A stretch of DNA of 64,000 nucleotides from Octopus sinensis (taxonomy: Eukaryota), in assembly GCF_006345805.1 (NCBI RefSeq), contig NC_043010.1, positions 14,632,001 to 14,696,000 on the forward strand, written 5' to 3'. The translations under genes and the position numbers were made by a program. Below, one piece after another: positions 63,281 to 64,000 of this stretch (position 1 is its first letter; every line of letters begins with the position of its first letter). Below the pieces are notes generated by a model. It worked only from the letters and a program-made list of their open reading frames with translations. It made no database searches and had not been told where the DNA came from.

Positions 63281-63545
63281 TTCTGTAGCGAAAGGGGTGG
63301 TATGGTGGAGCCGTTTGAAAGAGCTAAGGTCAGATACTTTCCTCTTTGGCCCGGGCCTCATCAACTTTTTCGAGTTTCACTTGAAAAGGAAGATGAGAGT
63401 AGAGAGGGAAGTGCTGCCCGATAGCAAGTTTATTGAAAGGTGGATCAATGTCGCAAGAATAGCCAGTATGAACGGACCAATTCTGAGTATACACCTGTGA
63501 GAATTAAAAGCAAATATAAAAAGAAAAAGGGGCTCTCTACCCACC
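63281..63545 (+). mobile_element. Tx1/L1-clade LINE ORF2 C-terminus fragment
   Basis: SVAKGVVWWSRLKELRSDTFLFGPGLINFFEFHLKRKMRVEREVLPDSKFIERWINVARIASMNGPILSIHL* (end of ORF 63039-63500). Confidence 0.85.
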
Positions 63546-63588
63546 TTATTATTATTATTATTATTAATATTTGTATGAAGCAAATGAG

Positions 63589-63625
<37 letters not shown>

Positions 63626-63670
63626 GTTATTATCATTATTATTTTTATTATTATTATTATAATTATTATT

Positions 63671-63749
<79 letters not shown>

Positions 63750-64000
63750 CATTATTATTATTATCATTTGTATGAAGCAGATGAAGAAGGACAGTGTAAG
63801 TCTCATAAAGCAACCATTAAAAGGGAAAGTGCGAAACAAGTACAATTGATTACGAAAACGCAATAAAGATGTACGGTCAATAAATAACAGATTCTGAAGC
63901 TATGCATACATGCATACGTATATACAAATATACATACATGCATATACATATATACATACATTCATTCATATATGCATGCACGCAAACACACAGTTGTCAT

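Overview
AT-rich, microsatellite-saturated eukaryotic DNA. The repeat landscape resembles an octopus (coleoid cephalopod) genome, but that is an inference from tRNA-derived SINE types, R4/Dong-like and Tx1-like LINE debris and very long di-, tri- and tetranucleotide arrays. I recognise no host protein-coding gene. Almost all ORFs in the track are microsatellite translations or transposon fragments. Supported content: (1) many R4/Dong-clade (RT plus restriction-like endonuclease) LINE fragments stacked between (TAA)n arrays, including a decayed ~3.2 kb near-full-length copy at 27963-31130; (2) six Tx1/L1-clade LINE fragments and an RTE-clade RT fragment; (3) a full-length but frameshifted mariner (DD34D) with TIRs and TA TSD at 8295-9597; (4) a ~420 bp MITE family with 8-bp TSDs and internal telomere-like hexamers; (5) about 25 tRNA-derived SINE copies in four families (labelled A-D here), several with readable TSDs; (6) a 100-N assembly gap. 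The most notable signal is a set of hammerhead-ribozyme motifs of the Penelope-like-element type. One has a fully canonical core and lies in a 418-bp near-perfect palindrome (58021-58438) whose mirror arm carries a core-mutated copy. Degenerate hammerheads occur at 8.1, 9.9, 49.2, 54.4 and 57.7 kb. Other points of interest: a TSD-flanked SINE-(TA)n-SINE composite, dimeric SINE-B units with an apparent GGT target preference, SINE 3' tail swapping, many foldback structures, and a microsatellite-containing module present three times at ~3.7 kb spacing.
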